IMG/VR virus record: IMGVR_UViG_3300031787_000134
Coordinates: 1-59,681 of that record
Source of the DNA: a virus
Lineage: Duplodnaviria; Caudoviricetes
Strand: one strand, 5' to 3'
DNA length: 59,681 bases
Numbering within the stretch: the stretch's first letter is position 1; each line of letters begins with the position of its first letter. The position numbers were made by a program, and so were the translations under genes. This document shows positions 45,475 to 54,509 of this stretch, one piece after another. The notes below the pieces were generated by a model that ran no database searches, had not been told where the DNA came from, and saw only the letters and a program-made list of their open reading frames with translations.

Positions 45475-45765
45475 TCACAGTCCCAACTCCTTTTTTACTC
45501 GTTCTTTAAATTCATTGATGATAGTCTCAAACCTGGGCAGCTGCCCGTAGTAATGTACGTAAGCAAGGGGGTCCATCTGCGCCCGGTTCCATGCCCGGTC
45601 AAAGTCTACCGCATTAATGGTGGACTGCTTCTCCACTTCCCAATCGTCGGCAGTAATATCAACAGCACTAAGACATAAATCAATATCGTGAAATAACTCT
45701 AAGTAGCGTGGCTGTCCTCTGCGGCGAAACCGTCTCCCACTCTTGATTGCTTCAATGATATTCAC
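45475..45765 (-). CDS. hypothetical phage protein (MNIIEAIKSG...ADDWEV)
   Basis: GTGA-coupled ORF with a recurrent phage motif. Confidence 0.6.
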   Translation of the reverse strand: MNIIEAIKSGRRFRRRGQPRYLELFHDIDLCLSAVDITADDWEVEKQSTINAVDFDRAWNRAQMDPLAYVHYYGQLPRFETIINEFKERVKKELGL

Positions 45766-46067
45766 AGTTTCTCTCCCTGAAAGATGGACCAGTACTCGCC
45801 ACTGACTTTATCGGCATTATGGTAAAATATCTTGAGCGAGGCAAAGAGGTCGGCTGCTGCGCTGTAATCAAAGCTATACGTCTTGGTGCCCCCGCCAGGG
45901 CTGACATCAGTTACTTCATATCCGGAACCGGTATCTCGGATAGTAAAGTGAGCGCGTTCGTGGTGGGTGATGGTTACCCTGTCTTTGGTATACGTTGCCG
46001 ATGACCGGTCCCCGTCCACCGAGAACAGGAAGTATTTCTTTTCTTTTTCTTCCTTTGACTTTGCCAT
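45762..46067 (-). CDS. hypothetical protein
   Basis: AAGGAG RBS before MAKSK. Confidence 0.55.
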   Translation of the reverse strand: MAKSKEEKEKKYFLFSVDGDRSSATYTKDRVTITHHERAHFTIRDTGSGYEVTDVSPGGGTKTYSFDYSAAADLFASLKIFYHNADKVSGEYWSIFQGEKL

Positions 46068-46106
46068 GTTATCTCCTTTTGGTAAGTCTACCAAACTTTG
46101 GTACAT

Positions 46107-46280
46107 TCACCGTTTGTGACAAACACATTGGCCGTCAATCAGTGTGTAAGATTCAACCCGGTTAGCGCACATCGCCCGACATTCCCGCATCATCTGGTAG
46201 TGGTCTTTGGGCCACCACTCGTCTGCTCTCGGATGGGCGCAGCCGGCTAGCAACGCGGTTAGTAATGTAATGTAATACAT
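46107..46280 (-). CDS. small Cys-rich lipoprotein
   Basis: Lipobox LAGC after hydrophobic stretch. Confidence 0.55.
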   Translation of the reverse strand: MYYITLLTALLAGCAHPRADEWWPKDHYQMMRECRAMCANRVESYTLIDGQCVCHKR

Positions 46281-46300
46281 GCTGCCCTTTCTGACGTGCC

Positions 46301-46328
46301 GCAAAGGGCATCCTCGATGCCCGTTACA
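46301..46328 (+). repeat. dispersed hairpin element (AAAGGRC-stem-loop-GYCCGWTACA)
   Basis: GCAAAGGGCATC-CTC-GATGCCCGTTACA. Confidence 0.8.
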
Positions 46329-46334
46329 AAGTAC

Positions 46335-46362
46335 TTGTCGGCTGAACGGCTAAAATACTTTA
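46335..46362 (-). promoter_or_regulatory. sigma28-type promoter
   Basis: TAAAGTAT...GCCGACAA (TAAA-N16). Confidence 0.6.
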
Positions 46363-46371
46363 GCTTTTTAT

Positions 46372-46779
46372 TTAGTCTTCAGGCAAGGAGAGGTGTTTCA
46401 ATAAGTCCTCCCCCACCTGCTCCAACAGCTCTTCCACTGCATGCTCAAAGGATTGCACAATGATTTCTTCTACTTCATCCGGGATGACAGACGCGACACC
46501 GTTGACGTACAGCACAGCGTGTGCCCATTCGTGGACAAGGGTTGTCCACTGCTGGCGCCGAGTCAAGTCCTTGCTAATTCGGATTCTCCGATACAATCCT
46601 ACCGTATCACCGAGTACGTTTTCCTCGTCGAGGCTTGCCATCTCCACTCTGAACGTCCTCCCCAACACCCGCACTTCGTCCGGTAGTACCGGCTTCAATC
46701 CACCGGGCGAGACTGATGGCGACCCATCCAATTTCAATGGCGTCTTCTTTGTCTCCCTTTTTGTATTCTGGTCGGACAT
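46372..46779 (-). CDS. HExxH zinc metallopeptidase-like protein (ImmA/IrrE-like)
   Basis: TLVHEWAHA...EE; start uncertain, overlaps the upstream gene. Confidence 0.6.
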   Translation of the reverse strand: MSDQNTKRETKKTPLKLDGSPSVSPGGLKPVLPDEVRVLGRTFRVEMASLDEENVLGDTVGLYRRIRISKDLTRRQQWTTLVHEWAHAVLYVNGVASVIPDEVEEIIVQSFEHAVEELLEQVGEDLLKHLSLPED

Positions 46780-47188
46780 AATTCTTCCAAGACGCGGGGT
46801 GGATTCCCAGTACGTGGGAACTTGTAGTCGAGCATAACACAACTCCAACCGCTTTGAGAAGACTAGATATGGCGTTTTGATTGAAGCCACTGGTGGCGGG
46901 AATATCTTCGTAAACTAGCACGTCAACTTTGTACTCACTGCACAGGGTACGCAATGCGTCCCCGAGCCGACGCGCCCTCTGCCATAGTTCCAAGTGGGAA
47001 CCGCCGGTATGGATAATGCCGCTGTCAATTAGTTGGCCACCTTGGTAGTAGGCCCAGCCGGGGGAAGAGGAAGTACTCCCGATACTGGGGTCAACTGACA
47101 GGACCCCGCCCCATACTAGGGGCCCCTTCAGTTTGTCTACATTCTCGTACAGCTTGGTCTTCTTCCCAATTTCAGATACTGATTTCAT
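46607..47188 (-). CDS. RuvC-like Holliday junction resolvase
   Basis: LSVDP...GWA...VYED...P..WK...DA catalytic pattern. Confidence 0.75.
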   Translation of the reverse strand: MKSVSEIGKKTKLYENVDKLKGPLVWGGVLSVDPSIGSTSSSPGWAYYQGGQLIDSGIIHTGGSHLELWQRARRLGDALRTLCSEYKVDVLVYEDIPATSGFNQNAISSLLKAVGVVLCSTTSSHVLGIHPASWKNYVRPEYKKGDKEDAIEIGWVAISLARWIEAGTTGRSAGVGEDVQSGDGKPRRGKRTR

Positions 47189-47445
47189 TGGTGAATCTCC
47201 CCGTCGATAGTACATAACCTGACTTGGCCAGCCACTACCCTCTGCCCTACCTGCTCTACAGTATGAACCAAATCACACTCCATCCTGGGCCAAGTGAGCC
47301 AGACCTTTGTGCCGGGTAGTCCGAGTTGAACACGGGCGGTGCCCGAGATGAGGTACTCTTCACCACGAATCTGCATATGAAGCAGGTGGTTGTACTCGTC
47401 GCCGTCCTCTTCAACCATATCGATGTGGACATAGTATTCGTTCAT
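47185..47445 (-). CDS. hypothetical protein
   Basis: ATGA-coupled on both sides. Confidence 0.55.
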   Translation of the reverse strand: MNEYYVHIDMVEEDGDEYNHLLHMQIRGEEYLISGTARVQLGLPGTKVWLTWPRMECDLVHTVEQVGQRVVAGQVRLCTIDGEIHQ

Positions 47446-47660
47446 TGGTAAAAGTCCTCTTCTTCGTCCGTACTAAACTTATTATTCGTGGTATCCAAGG
47501 TACCAACCGTAGGTTGGAGGCCCGGTTCCCATCCGGTTCTGGTATAGGCACGGCCCCCGTCAATAAAACATTTCTTGCAGTCACAATACCGGAAGTCGTG
47601 TCTACTCTTAGACCAAATGACGGTCTCGCAGACCGGGCACTTTAGTGCTGATACTTTCAC
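47442..47660 (-). CDS. small zinc-finger protein
   Basis: CxxC...S..RHDF..CxC...IDGG motif common in phages. Confidence 0.7.
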   Translation of the reverse strand: MKVSALKCPVCETVIWSKSRHDFRYCDCKKCFIDGGRAYTRTGWEPGLQPTVGTLDTTNNKFSTDEEEDFYQ

Positions 47661-47810
47661 ATGTCACTCCTAGCCCACATAATTGTGTACTTGCCCAGCA
47701 TGTGAACCAAATATAAAGGCCATGTTACTGCAACCAAAAAGGAGAACAGGGACAGTACTAGTAGTCCGACCGGGAAGTAAAATATCCACCATAGGGGATG
47801 AGCTGATATC

Positions 47811-48035
47811 TCAAATCTCATCTTCCTCTCCTCCGATGCGCGTATAGTCGAGGTCAGCTAGTAAGTCTCTCGCAATCAAGATGGCAGTATCAACCATCTC
47901 AGCTGAGGACGCGTCGTCGGGGGAACGCATCACCACGGAAGGAAGTACCAGACTTGCTGCGGTGAATAGTCTGTCTCTGTACTCCTTGTTAATCTTTCTC
48001 TTTTGGTCCGCTCTTGATTTGATGTAGTTGCTCAT
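47811..48035 (-). CDS. hypothetical protein
   Basis: GGAG RBS; ATGA overlap with the upstream gene. Confidence 0.55.
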   Translation of the reverse strand: MSNYIKSRADQKRKINKEYRDRLFTAASLVLPSVVMRSPDDASSAEMVDTAILIARDLLADLDYTRIGGEEDEI

Positions 48036-48535
48036 TTGCCGACTCTCCCAAACATGTTGTTGACTAACCGGTCCCATTTCTCTTCTGCAATATCTCCGGG
48101 TAGGAGGTAAGTGTTCATGATATCTTGACCCTCGTCATAATGGTCTAAGTTCAGCGCGCAATGTCCGAGCTCGTGGTAGACCAAGGTCATCCTATCCGCC
48201 GCGCTAGCCCGGTCCCAGTACGGCTTCAAGAACGAAACTGTCCAAGGAGCTTGACAGTAGCCGATAACGTTGTCTCCTAAGGGAGACGGGAACTTGTCCT
48301 CGAAGATAGCCTTCCGGGTCCGGAGGCAAGGAACGCCTCTCTTTATCGCATCTTGGGAGAAAGCCTCGATTTGGGGAAACAGTCGTTCGTTGAACATGTA
48401 TACTATACTGTCTACAGTACACGGCTGGGGTCCATTGATACGGCGTTCAACTATATCAGTCTTACACGCGAAAGCAGACCCGCACGCGGGGGACAATAAA
48501 GTAATAGCTAGTAGGTATTTTTTCATATGTAACAT
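48032..48535 (-). CDS. exported matrixin-like zinc metalloprotease
   Basis: Signal peptide; HELGHCALNLDH plus downstream 'IM' Met-turn. Confidence 0.7.
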   Translation of the reverse strand: MLHMKKYLLAITLLSPACGSAFACKTDIVERRINGPQPCTVDSIVYMFNERLFPQIEAFSQDAIKRGVPCLRTRKAIFEDKFPSPLGDNVIGYCQAPWTVSFLKPYWDRASAADRMTLVYHELGHCALNLDHYDEGQDIMNTYLLPGDIAEEKWDRLVNNMFGRVGK

Positions 48536-48543
48536 GGCCTCCC

Positions 48544-48569
48544 TGTATCGGGCACTACGTGCCCTTTGC
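48544..48569 (-). repeat. dispersed hairpin element directly 5' of an RBS
   Basis: GCAAAGGGCAC-GTA-GTGCCCGATACA then GGGAGG. Confidence 0.85.
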
Positions 48570-48580
48570 ATACATGTTTC

Positions 48581-48608
48581 TTGTCGGCAGAACGTAAAAA
48601 TAACTTGA
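48581..48608 (-). promoter_or_regulatory. sigma28-type promoter
   Basis: TCAAGTTA...GCCGACAA (N16). Confidence 0.55.
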
Positions 48609-48614
48609 GTACTT

Positions 48615-48642
48615 TGTAACGGACACCGGTGGTGTCCTTTCC
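48615..48642 (-). repeat. dispersed hairpin element
   Basis: GGAAAGGACACC-ACC-GGTGTCCGTTACA. Confidence 0.85.
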
Positions 48643-48691
48643 GACTGGCACAAAGGGCTGACCGAAGGTCAAGCGACAACGCAGTTATCCG

Positions 48692-48919
48692 TTACCGCGT
48701 GTCGTATCCGCCACATATGACCCAGTAGCTCAAATGCTTTCGCCTCTCGACACTTCTAGCACACGGCGAGTTGGGATATAATTCGGGACAGTGATGCTTG
48801 GCACGGGCTACAGCAGACCTATCGGCTGCTGTTTCCTTTTCCCCGGGGGGCAGTATCAACTTAGTCTCTGAACAGGCGGTAAACGCTACCCAAAAAAATA
48901 CTTCGGTCGCCACATTCAT
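48692..48919 (-). CDS. small putative lipoprotein
   Basis: Hydrophobic N-terminus and FTAC; Cys-rich. Confidence 0.4.
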   Translation of the reverse strand: MNVATEVFFWVAFTACSETKLILPPGEKETAADRSAVARAKHHCPELYPNSPCARSVERRKHLSYWVICGGYDTR

Positions 48920-48940
48920 GAGAATCTTCCTGTGAGAATG

Positions 48941-51900
48941 TTAGTCTTCTAGTTTAATGCCGGCCAAAGTCTTGGCCACTGCAGCACTGCCCTTTAATGG
49001 GCAAGTGCCTCCTAGTATTCTATTCAATTCTGCGTAGGCGTCCACTTCCATTATTCGCTTCGCCACTTCGACTTGCTCGTCTGGTACCTCGATGATACTT
49101 TCATCGTGCCAGTCCATCACGATGGGGGTCCACTGTATCTTAGCCTCAGTCAAAAGTTGAGCCGCAATTCTGGAGTATAACTGCAACAAATCGTGACCGG
49201 TACTTTGCACCTGGCGATTTAGTATATCTTTCAAGTACTTATCGTCTATGCAGATAGGGCGACCATACCCGTTTTCAATCCAACCACCATTCGCTCGCCA
49301 CTCATCGCGGAGCCAGTCCACGTAATTGAGGACGCCTTCTTTGGCGGCCATAAGAGAATTGTGCATCTCCTCCACTTCGTCGAGGGACATATCCACGCCG
49401 TTAAGGGAGAGTATCTTCTGTTTCTTCTTTACTCCCGAGCCGTAGTTATCCGATAGGATAAGGAGCTTCGCAATGCCGCGCTCCTTCTTGAACGCTTTCT
49501 TTGTTGCGTCCATCGCCTCGACCGAAGGATTGTACGGGTCATAGCCAAGCGACGTTAGCTTCGGTCCGATGCCCGCCATCATACTACCGTAGAACAAGTA
49601 GATGTCATTCTTCTTGGCGCCTGGCCCGTAGAGGGCGAGCAAGTTCTTATCTTGCGATAGCTCCGCAGTCACCACCATCTCCAAGGCATTCACATCACAG
49701 TCAACAAAGCTATGGCCGGGCCGACTAACAAAGCCCGAGAGGGTACCCCTAGTCTTGGGACACTGCGATGTCACGTAAGTACTCGTGCCCCGGCGCACTA
49801 ACAAATGTTCCGTTTCCACGCTAAGACAATAGACCATTCCATCATATGTCTGAGTAGCTACATGAGACTTCTTGTATTCCCGATGCGAGCCTTTTCGGAT
49901 GTATAAGGAGTAGGCTAGTGGTCTCTTGAACTTGCGGACCCCATACCCGTGGCGAACAAGCAATGCTTGGATAGAGTCAACAACGTCTTCGTGAATACAA
50001 GTAAATTCAAAGGCATCTTTAGTTGTGCCTCGCTTATGTCCATCCCAAAAGGATAGCGCTTCCACAAAAGTTTCTACTTGGTTATCCCCGAGAACAGACA
50101 AATCAAATTTCTTGTCGGCTGTCAATAGGGGATGTTCAAATTCAACGCGGTACCAAGAATGGACGCCTCTAGTACTGACGTGACTGGCGGGAATTCCAAC
50201 CAACTCCATAAACTTTTGTATCTTTCTGTCTCTCTTAAATCCGAACCGCCACATATAAGGATTCTTTACCCGCGCACTGGAGCCGTCAGCTTGGACAGCG
50301 GCGGCCATCCATATGTCGCGCTCACTGAAGAACGACTCGGTTGTGGTACTGGGACGGATGCTGGCATGCGCCATGCACTCCTTGGTTCGGAGCTTGTGAA
50401 TGTCGGATGCTGTTGTAGTAACCCGTCTGGTTCGTTCGGTTTCGGCGGCGTGCTGTAGGTCACCGATTAGTAATAGCCGGTGGTCTGGAGTTACAAGTAG
50501 CGGGGTGTTATTAGCCATCCCGATAGCGACCATATCCCCCGAGTAGTGTCTTTGTGTTGTGGCTTGGACAGGACCCCACTGACCAAACAATGTATCTGGT
50601 TGAATGGTCCAGACCAATTCACCTACTTGTAAATCCTTGATTAGTTTCCACCCAGACGGAGTTAGTGCTTCGGTATCGGGAGCAAAACACTGCTGCAGAT
50701 TGGGAGCCTTACCAGCCAGTCGTCCAGTCACAGTGCCGGGCATTTTGAAGGAGGGGTGTATCGTAGAGCGGTGCTCTACTCTCTCGACATAGTCCGAGAC
50801 ATAAGATAGTTCCTTCACCTTCAAGGCGCGCCCGATGAGGATGTGACCAACATCGCCCATCGACTGTAATGCGTCCTCACTAATGGCTGGCATCCCGCTC
50901 TCGGTTTGAAGCAAGACTTTGTGCTTCAGCTTCTCGTACATCAGCCACCGCAAGTGGTCTCCGGATTGCAAGTTGAACGAGTAGCCTGGCTCAATTCCGA
51001 GCTCTATCCTGTGGCGCTTGGCTTCCCAGTTTTGCCACACCTTACTTTCCTCAGGAAGCATAGCTTCTAGCGCAGCCCACTTCTCCCAGTTCTTGCTTAC
51101 CGTTACCCCGTCCTTTAAGAAGCGTGGTGGTTCCTTTCGTTCCTTCTTCTTCTTGTAGCGGGCCGGCTCCGTGGCGAGGAACTCCGCTACTTTGGCCTGC
51201 TCGAAAGCGCGGACGTGCGGGGCGACAAGTGCGTGCTCCCTAAACGTCTGTTCGCTGTCTGCAATCCCCGCCTCAAGCTCCGTTGCGTAGGCGGTCCAAT
51301 GCTTCCTGTCCGTCAGGATACCAGCAATCTTTTGGTCGATGTGTACCTTCACATGGGGAAGGAAGTCATTTCGGTGGTAATCGCCGAGTGCGGGGAACCG
51401 TTTCACGATAGGCAAGAGATGCTCTGTGTAGAGGAGGTATGTAGCCTCGGCATCGAGGACGCAGTACTTACCGAGTATCTCGGGAGGGGACCGCCACATC
51501 TCGCCCTTCATCGGTGCCTTGTTCTGTTTACAGTAGCCGTTACTGACCAACCACTCGTCTAGTTCAGTTTCATTGGTGTTGGTCCACATCAGAACGTCGA
51601 CCATCGCCTCTTTAAGACCCCACTTCTGGCCCTCCCAGCCTTCACTAGCGCATTGCATGTACAGGCCGAAGGTGCAGGCGAGCCAGTCGGAGTGGACGCC
51701 TAAGTCCCTCCGAATCCATCCCCCATCGAAGTAAACGTTATGGGCCAGCAAACCGCGGTGGATTAACAATAGGTCGGTCAGCTGTTGTATCGACTCGTCT
51801 GATAGTTGGTCCATCGACAGATAACAACTACCCTTGTCCCAAGACAAGCCGACGCCTACTACGTACGCTTCACTGTCGGGAAGGGAGTAATCGTTACCTC

Positions 51901-52075
51901 GTGTTTCGAAGTCTACTGCGACCACCGCTGCTTGGCTGGCTGACAGAAGTAACGCGGAGGTCTCCGTTTCGCTGGGGCATACAAGTTGATACGACCGACC
52001 CACCCTAGCAGGTGTGGGGCGGGGTTCCACGAGCACGAAGCGGGGATGGGTAGTCAATGTAACGTGGTCAGACAT
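48941..52075 (-). CDS. polA: family A DNA polymerase (3'-5' exonuclease + polymerase) containing an intein
   Basis: Exo motifs DFET, HNVYFD, YCVLD; TVTGRL, PNLQQ, motif A (DVNALE), B (R.IAK...NYG), C (HDE). Confidence 0.92.
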   Translation of the reverse strand: MSDHVTLTTHPRFVLVEPRPTPARVGRSYQLVCPSETETSALLLSASQAAVVAVDFETRGNDYSLPDSEAYVVGVGLSWDKGSCYLSMDQLSDESIQQLTDLLLIHRGLLAHNVYFDGGWIRRDLGVHSDWLACTFGLYMQCASEGWEGQKWGLKEAMVDVLMWTNTNETELDEWLVSNGYCKQNKAPMKGEMWRSPPEILGKYCVLDAEATYLLYTEHLLPIVKRFPALGDYHRNDFLPHVKVHIDQKIAGILTDRKHWTAYATELEAGIADSEQTFREHALVAPHVRAFEQAKVAEFLATEPARYKKKKERKEPPRFLKDGVTVSKNWEKWAALEAMLPEESKVWQNWEAKRHRIELGIEPGYSFNLQSGDHLRWLMYEKLKHKVLLQTESGMPAISEDALQSMGDVGHILIGRALKVKELSYVSDYVERVEHRSTIHPSFKMPGTVTGRLAGKAPNLQQCFAPDTEALTPSGWKLIKDLQVGELVWTIQPDTLFGQWGPVQATTQRHYSGDMVAIGMANNTPLLVTPDHRLLLIGDLQHAAETERTRRVTTTASDIHKLRTKECMAHASIRPSTTTESFFSERDIWMAAAVQADGSSARVKNPYMWRFGFKRDRKIQKFMELVGIPASHVSTRGVHSWYRVEFEHPLLTADKKFDLSVLGDNQVETFVEALSFWDGHKRGTTKDAFEFTCIHEDVVDSIQALLVRHGYGVRKFKRPLAYSLYIRKGSHREYKKSHVATQTYDGMVYCLSVETEHLLVRRGTSTYVTSQCPKTRGTLSGFVSRPGHSFVDCDVNALEMVVTAELSQDKNLLALYGPGAKKNDIYLFYGSMMAGIGPKLTSLGYDPYNPSVEAMDATKKAFKKERGIAKLLILSDNYGSGVKKKQKILSLNGVDMSLDEVEEMHNSLMAAKEGVLNYVDWLRDEWRANGGWIENGYGRPICIDDKYLKDILNRQVQSTGHDLLQLYSRIAAQLLTEAKIQWTPIVMDWHDESIIEVPDEQVEVAKRIMEVDAYAELNRILGGTCPLKGSAAVAKTLAGIKLED
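49763..50689 (-). mobile_element. intein (309 aa) with atypical Ser-Gln C-terminus and degenerate LAGLIDADG domain
   Basis: NLQQ|CFAPDTE...TPDH...VYCLSV...VTSQ|CPK; AAVQADG and LSFWDG blocks. Confidence 0.88.
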
Positions 52076-52084
52076 ATTAGCTCC

Positions 52085-52112
52085 TGTAACGGACAGCGGT
52101 GCTGTCCTTTCC
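52085..52112 (-). repeat. dispersed hairpin element directly 5' of the polA RBS
   Basis: GGAAAGGACAGC-ACC-GCTGTCCGTTACA then GGAG and ATG. Confidence 0.85.
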
Positions 52113-52310
52113 GGCGTGGTTGTTAAAGGCGCTCCACAAAGTATACTAGCATCAACAGCACTAGCGTAGCAGTAAGCACATACAACAAGCCAGTTAACAT
52201 CGACTCACCCCCACTAAACCACTTAAATATTAAGTACTTTACTCGTTGGTAGGAGCGTTCACGTAAGTAGTTCCCGCCAACGCTCCCGTCGGAGAGCTAA
52301 GGCACAAATA

Positions 52311-52337
52311 AGAAAGGGCACTTTAGTGCCCGAGACA
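52311..52337 (+). repeat. dispersed hairpin element (variant)
   Basis: AGAAAGGGCAC-TTTA-GTGCCCGAGACA then GGAG. Confidence 0.7.
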
Positions 52338-52410
52338 GGAGGGGGAGCGCTACTTCCCCCAGTGTCGCCCGCTCGAAGAGCGACTACAAACTAGGTTTCT
52401 TTACACCTAG

Positions 52411-52719
52411 TTATGCTCTCTTCTGTTCTGGTGCGGGCTTAATCATAACCACGTACAGTGGTTTGCCACCAGCCACTTCTTCTTCGCTGTTCTGATAGAG
52501 GTCAATGTAGACACGTTGACCTGCTTTGATGTCGGTCTCGATGGTGGTAGCGACCGAAGCAACGGCCTTGCTCTTCTCGGACTTGGGTTTGAAAAGACCG
52601 GTCCGGAGGAGCGATGCAATCTTTTCCTTTACACCACCAGCGGGGCTGGCAGGACGGGGAGCTGCACCTGCTGGACGACCACCAAAACGGTTACCAGAAG
52701 ATTGATTGTTGTACGCCAT
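52411..52719 (-). CDS. hypothetical protein (possible ssDNA-binding)
   Basis: GAGG RBS; own sigma28-type promoter; biased codons; function is a guess from position. Confidence 0.5.
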   Translation of the reverse strand: MAYNNQSSGNRFGGRPAGAAPRPASPAGGVKEKIASLLRTGLFKPKSEKSKAVASVATTIETDIKAGQRVYIDLYQNSEEEVAGGKPLYVVMIKPAPEQKRA

Positions 52720-52774
52720 GACTAGACACCTCACTTGATACGCGGCGACATTGCCGTCGTTACTTACATACCAT

Positions 52775-52802
52775 GTATCGGCAAACTGAGTAAATTACTT
52801 TA
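52775..52802 (-). promoter_or_regulatory. sigma28-type promoter
   Basis: TAAAGTAA...GCCGATAC (TAAA-N16). Confidence 0.65.
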
Positions 52803-52826
52803 GCCCTATTTTCAGTTTGCCTTGAC

Positions 52827-52856
52827 CACCAGCACCAGCACCAGCACCAGCACCAG
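52827..52856. repeat. (CACCAG)5 microsatellite
   Basis: Five perfect hexamers. Confidence 0.9.
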
Positions 52857-52865
52857 GAACACACA

Positions 52866-53171
52866 TTAGTTTAATCCGGTTGGTTTGTCCGGAGCGGGAC
52901 TACTGTCCCCTATCAAATCAAACGCTTCTTCGAGTAGGCCGTAAATGGTATCCCTAGCCCGGTCGACTTGATTCTCGGGCACCATGTTTGCGATACAAGT
53001 GGCCAACATCTCGGTCAAGATGGTCATCGTGGCGTTGTGGCCAGCCAACTGACTAGTCGCGTTGGTCCAATACAGCAGGGAATCAAGGGCTGCTTCTTTG
53101 TAGTAGGTATCTAGCTGGTCTGAGTCACCAGTTTCCATCCTACTTATCGAAGAGTTTTTTAACTTCGTCAT
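52866..53171 (-). CDS. hypothetical protein
   Basis: GGAG RBS before MTKLK. Confidence 0.5.
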   Translation of the reverse strand: MTKLKNSSISRMETGDSDQLDTYYKEAALDSLLYWTNATSQLAGHNATMTILTEMLATCIANMVPENQVDRARDTIYGLLEEAFDLIGDSSPAPDKPTGLN

Positions 53172-54102
53172 GCCACTTCTCCCATTTGTTTTCGTACTTA
53201 TCACAGATATCAACCAAAGGACAATAGTCACAATCGCTGTAGCCCTTGTTCTTACCACTTGGTTTGAGCGGAGCTGGCCTGGGACCGAGAGCTTTCCTCT
53301 CCCCCATATTCGAGACAAACTCATAGTACCTCTCGATATCGGAGACAGTCAACACAGTCTTTGTAAAAACTCCATCAGCCGTATCATGACTGGGTGACTC
53401 AAGGCGATATTGAATCGTCCCGTTACTGTCGAAACCAATTTCGTAAATGGTAGTATGTGGTAATACTTTTTTAGGTTCATTTTTTTCATTGACTTCTACC
53501 AAAGGGTGGCCGGGAGGAAAGAACTTCTTACTCCACTCCGGCATAGTGAAGTCGGTATACTGGGTATACACTAGTCGGTATGGGACACCCAACTTCCAAC
53601 TGTAGTGGGCAGCCTGTAACAAGTGCTTCATTTGGGGCGTGAGTTCAAATGACACTTCCCGTGCGGTCCACAGGGAGCAGATGGCTTTGTGCTCGATACC
53701 AAGGACTGGCTTCCCGTCAGCGTGGCAGAGGACCATGTCAGGTCGGCCAGTCACGTTGGTCCCGTTGGCAGTCTGCCACTTGATGGGAATCTCCTCTTCT
53801 TGCTTGATGATACCCGGCCAGCTTCTCTTTACTTTATCGACCCATATTACTTCGTTCGCTTTACCAAGCTCGAACATAATGAGTCGGTCCACGCTCGGGG
53901 GGTCTATCTCAACCCCGCCGAACGAGCGGAGATAAGCGCGGCGGTGACACCCGCCTACCACATCTCCGCCCTTAGTCATCGCACCCGAGTCCCCGGCCCG
54001 AAGGTTGCCCAACTTGGCAGCTTCTCCAGCGGCGTGCTTGTCTCTGTCATCGGACATTCCTGCCCAGAATAGTGCTGTCAAATTGAGCTTCATATTAATC
54101 AC
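53140..54102 (-). CDS. Cas4-like PD-(D/E)XK exonuclease
   Basis: N-terminal Cys (GCHRR), GRPD...EHK, Q...Y and C-terminal CDYCPLVDIC (1+3 Cys Fe-S pattern); no CRISPR array. Confidence 0.75.
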   Translation of the reverse strand: MINMKLNLTALFWAGMSDDRDKHAAGEAAKLGNLRAGDSGAMTKGGDVVGGCHRRAYLRSFGGVEIDPPSVDRLIMFELGKANEVIWVDKVKRSWPGIIKQEEEIPIKWQTANGTNVTGRPDMVLCHADGKPVLGIEHKAICSLWTAREVSFELTPQMKHLLQAAHYSWKLGVPYRLVYTQYTDFTMPEWSKKFFPPGHPLVEVNEKNEPKKVLPHTTIYEIGFDSNGTIQYRLESPSHDTADGVFTKTVLTVSDIERYYEFVSNMGERKALGPRPAPLKPSGKNKGYSDCDYCPLVDICDKYENKWEKWHDEVKKLFDK

Positions 54103-54331
54103 TCCCTACTTGGTTCAAGTACACCCAAGCTCTTTCCTTGGGGGAAAGTTTCACCAGCTCGGGATTGCTATATCCTACCACCCACCCGATGATGTAGGCC
54201 CCATCGGGGCCGAAGCCCGCGATGTGCCACAACTTTCTACTGTCCTGATGACGGGCTAGGAACGGAGTCCGGTGCAATCTAAAAAGTTCAAGTAGACTGT
54301 ACTGGGTCGGAGTCGCTGGGTTGTAGTCCAC
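54095..54331 (-). CDS. hypothetical protein
   Basis: AAGGAG RBS. Confidence 0.5.
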   Translation of the reverse strand: MDYNPATPTQYSLLELFRLHRTPFLARHQDSRKLWHIAGFGPDGAYIIGWVVGYSNPELVKLSPKERAWVYLNQVGSD

Positions 54332-54509
54332 TGCCGTTCTCCTTTGCTTGCTGTTTCATCATCTGTTCCGCTCTGTCAATCACGTCTCTCATATATCTCT
54401 GCATGGCGAGTTTGGCGATACTATCAACCGGCATCCCAGCAGCGTCGGACAATTGGCGGGCTAGTTCTGCTTCATCACCATGTAACTTGAAGGCTAGACG
54501 TAGTCTCAC
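54288..54509 (-). CDS. ribbon-helix-helix-like small DNA-binding protein
   Basis: Basic beta strand (MRLRLAFKL) followed by two helices. Confidence 0.45.
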   Translation of the reverse strand: MRLRLAFKLHGDEAELARQLSDAAGMPVDSIAKLAMQRYMRDVIDRAEQMMKQQAKENGSGLQPSDSDPVQST

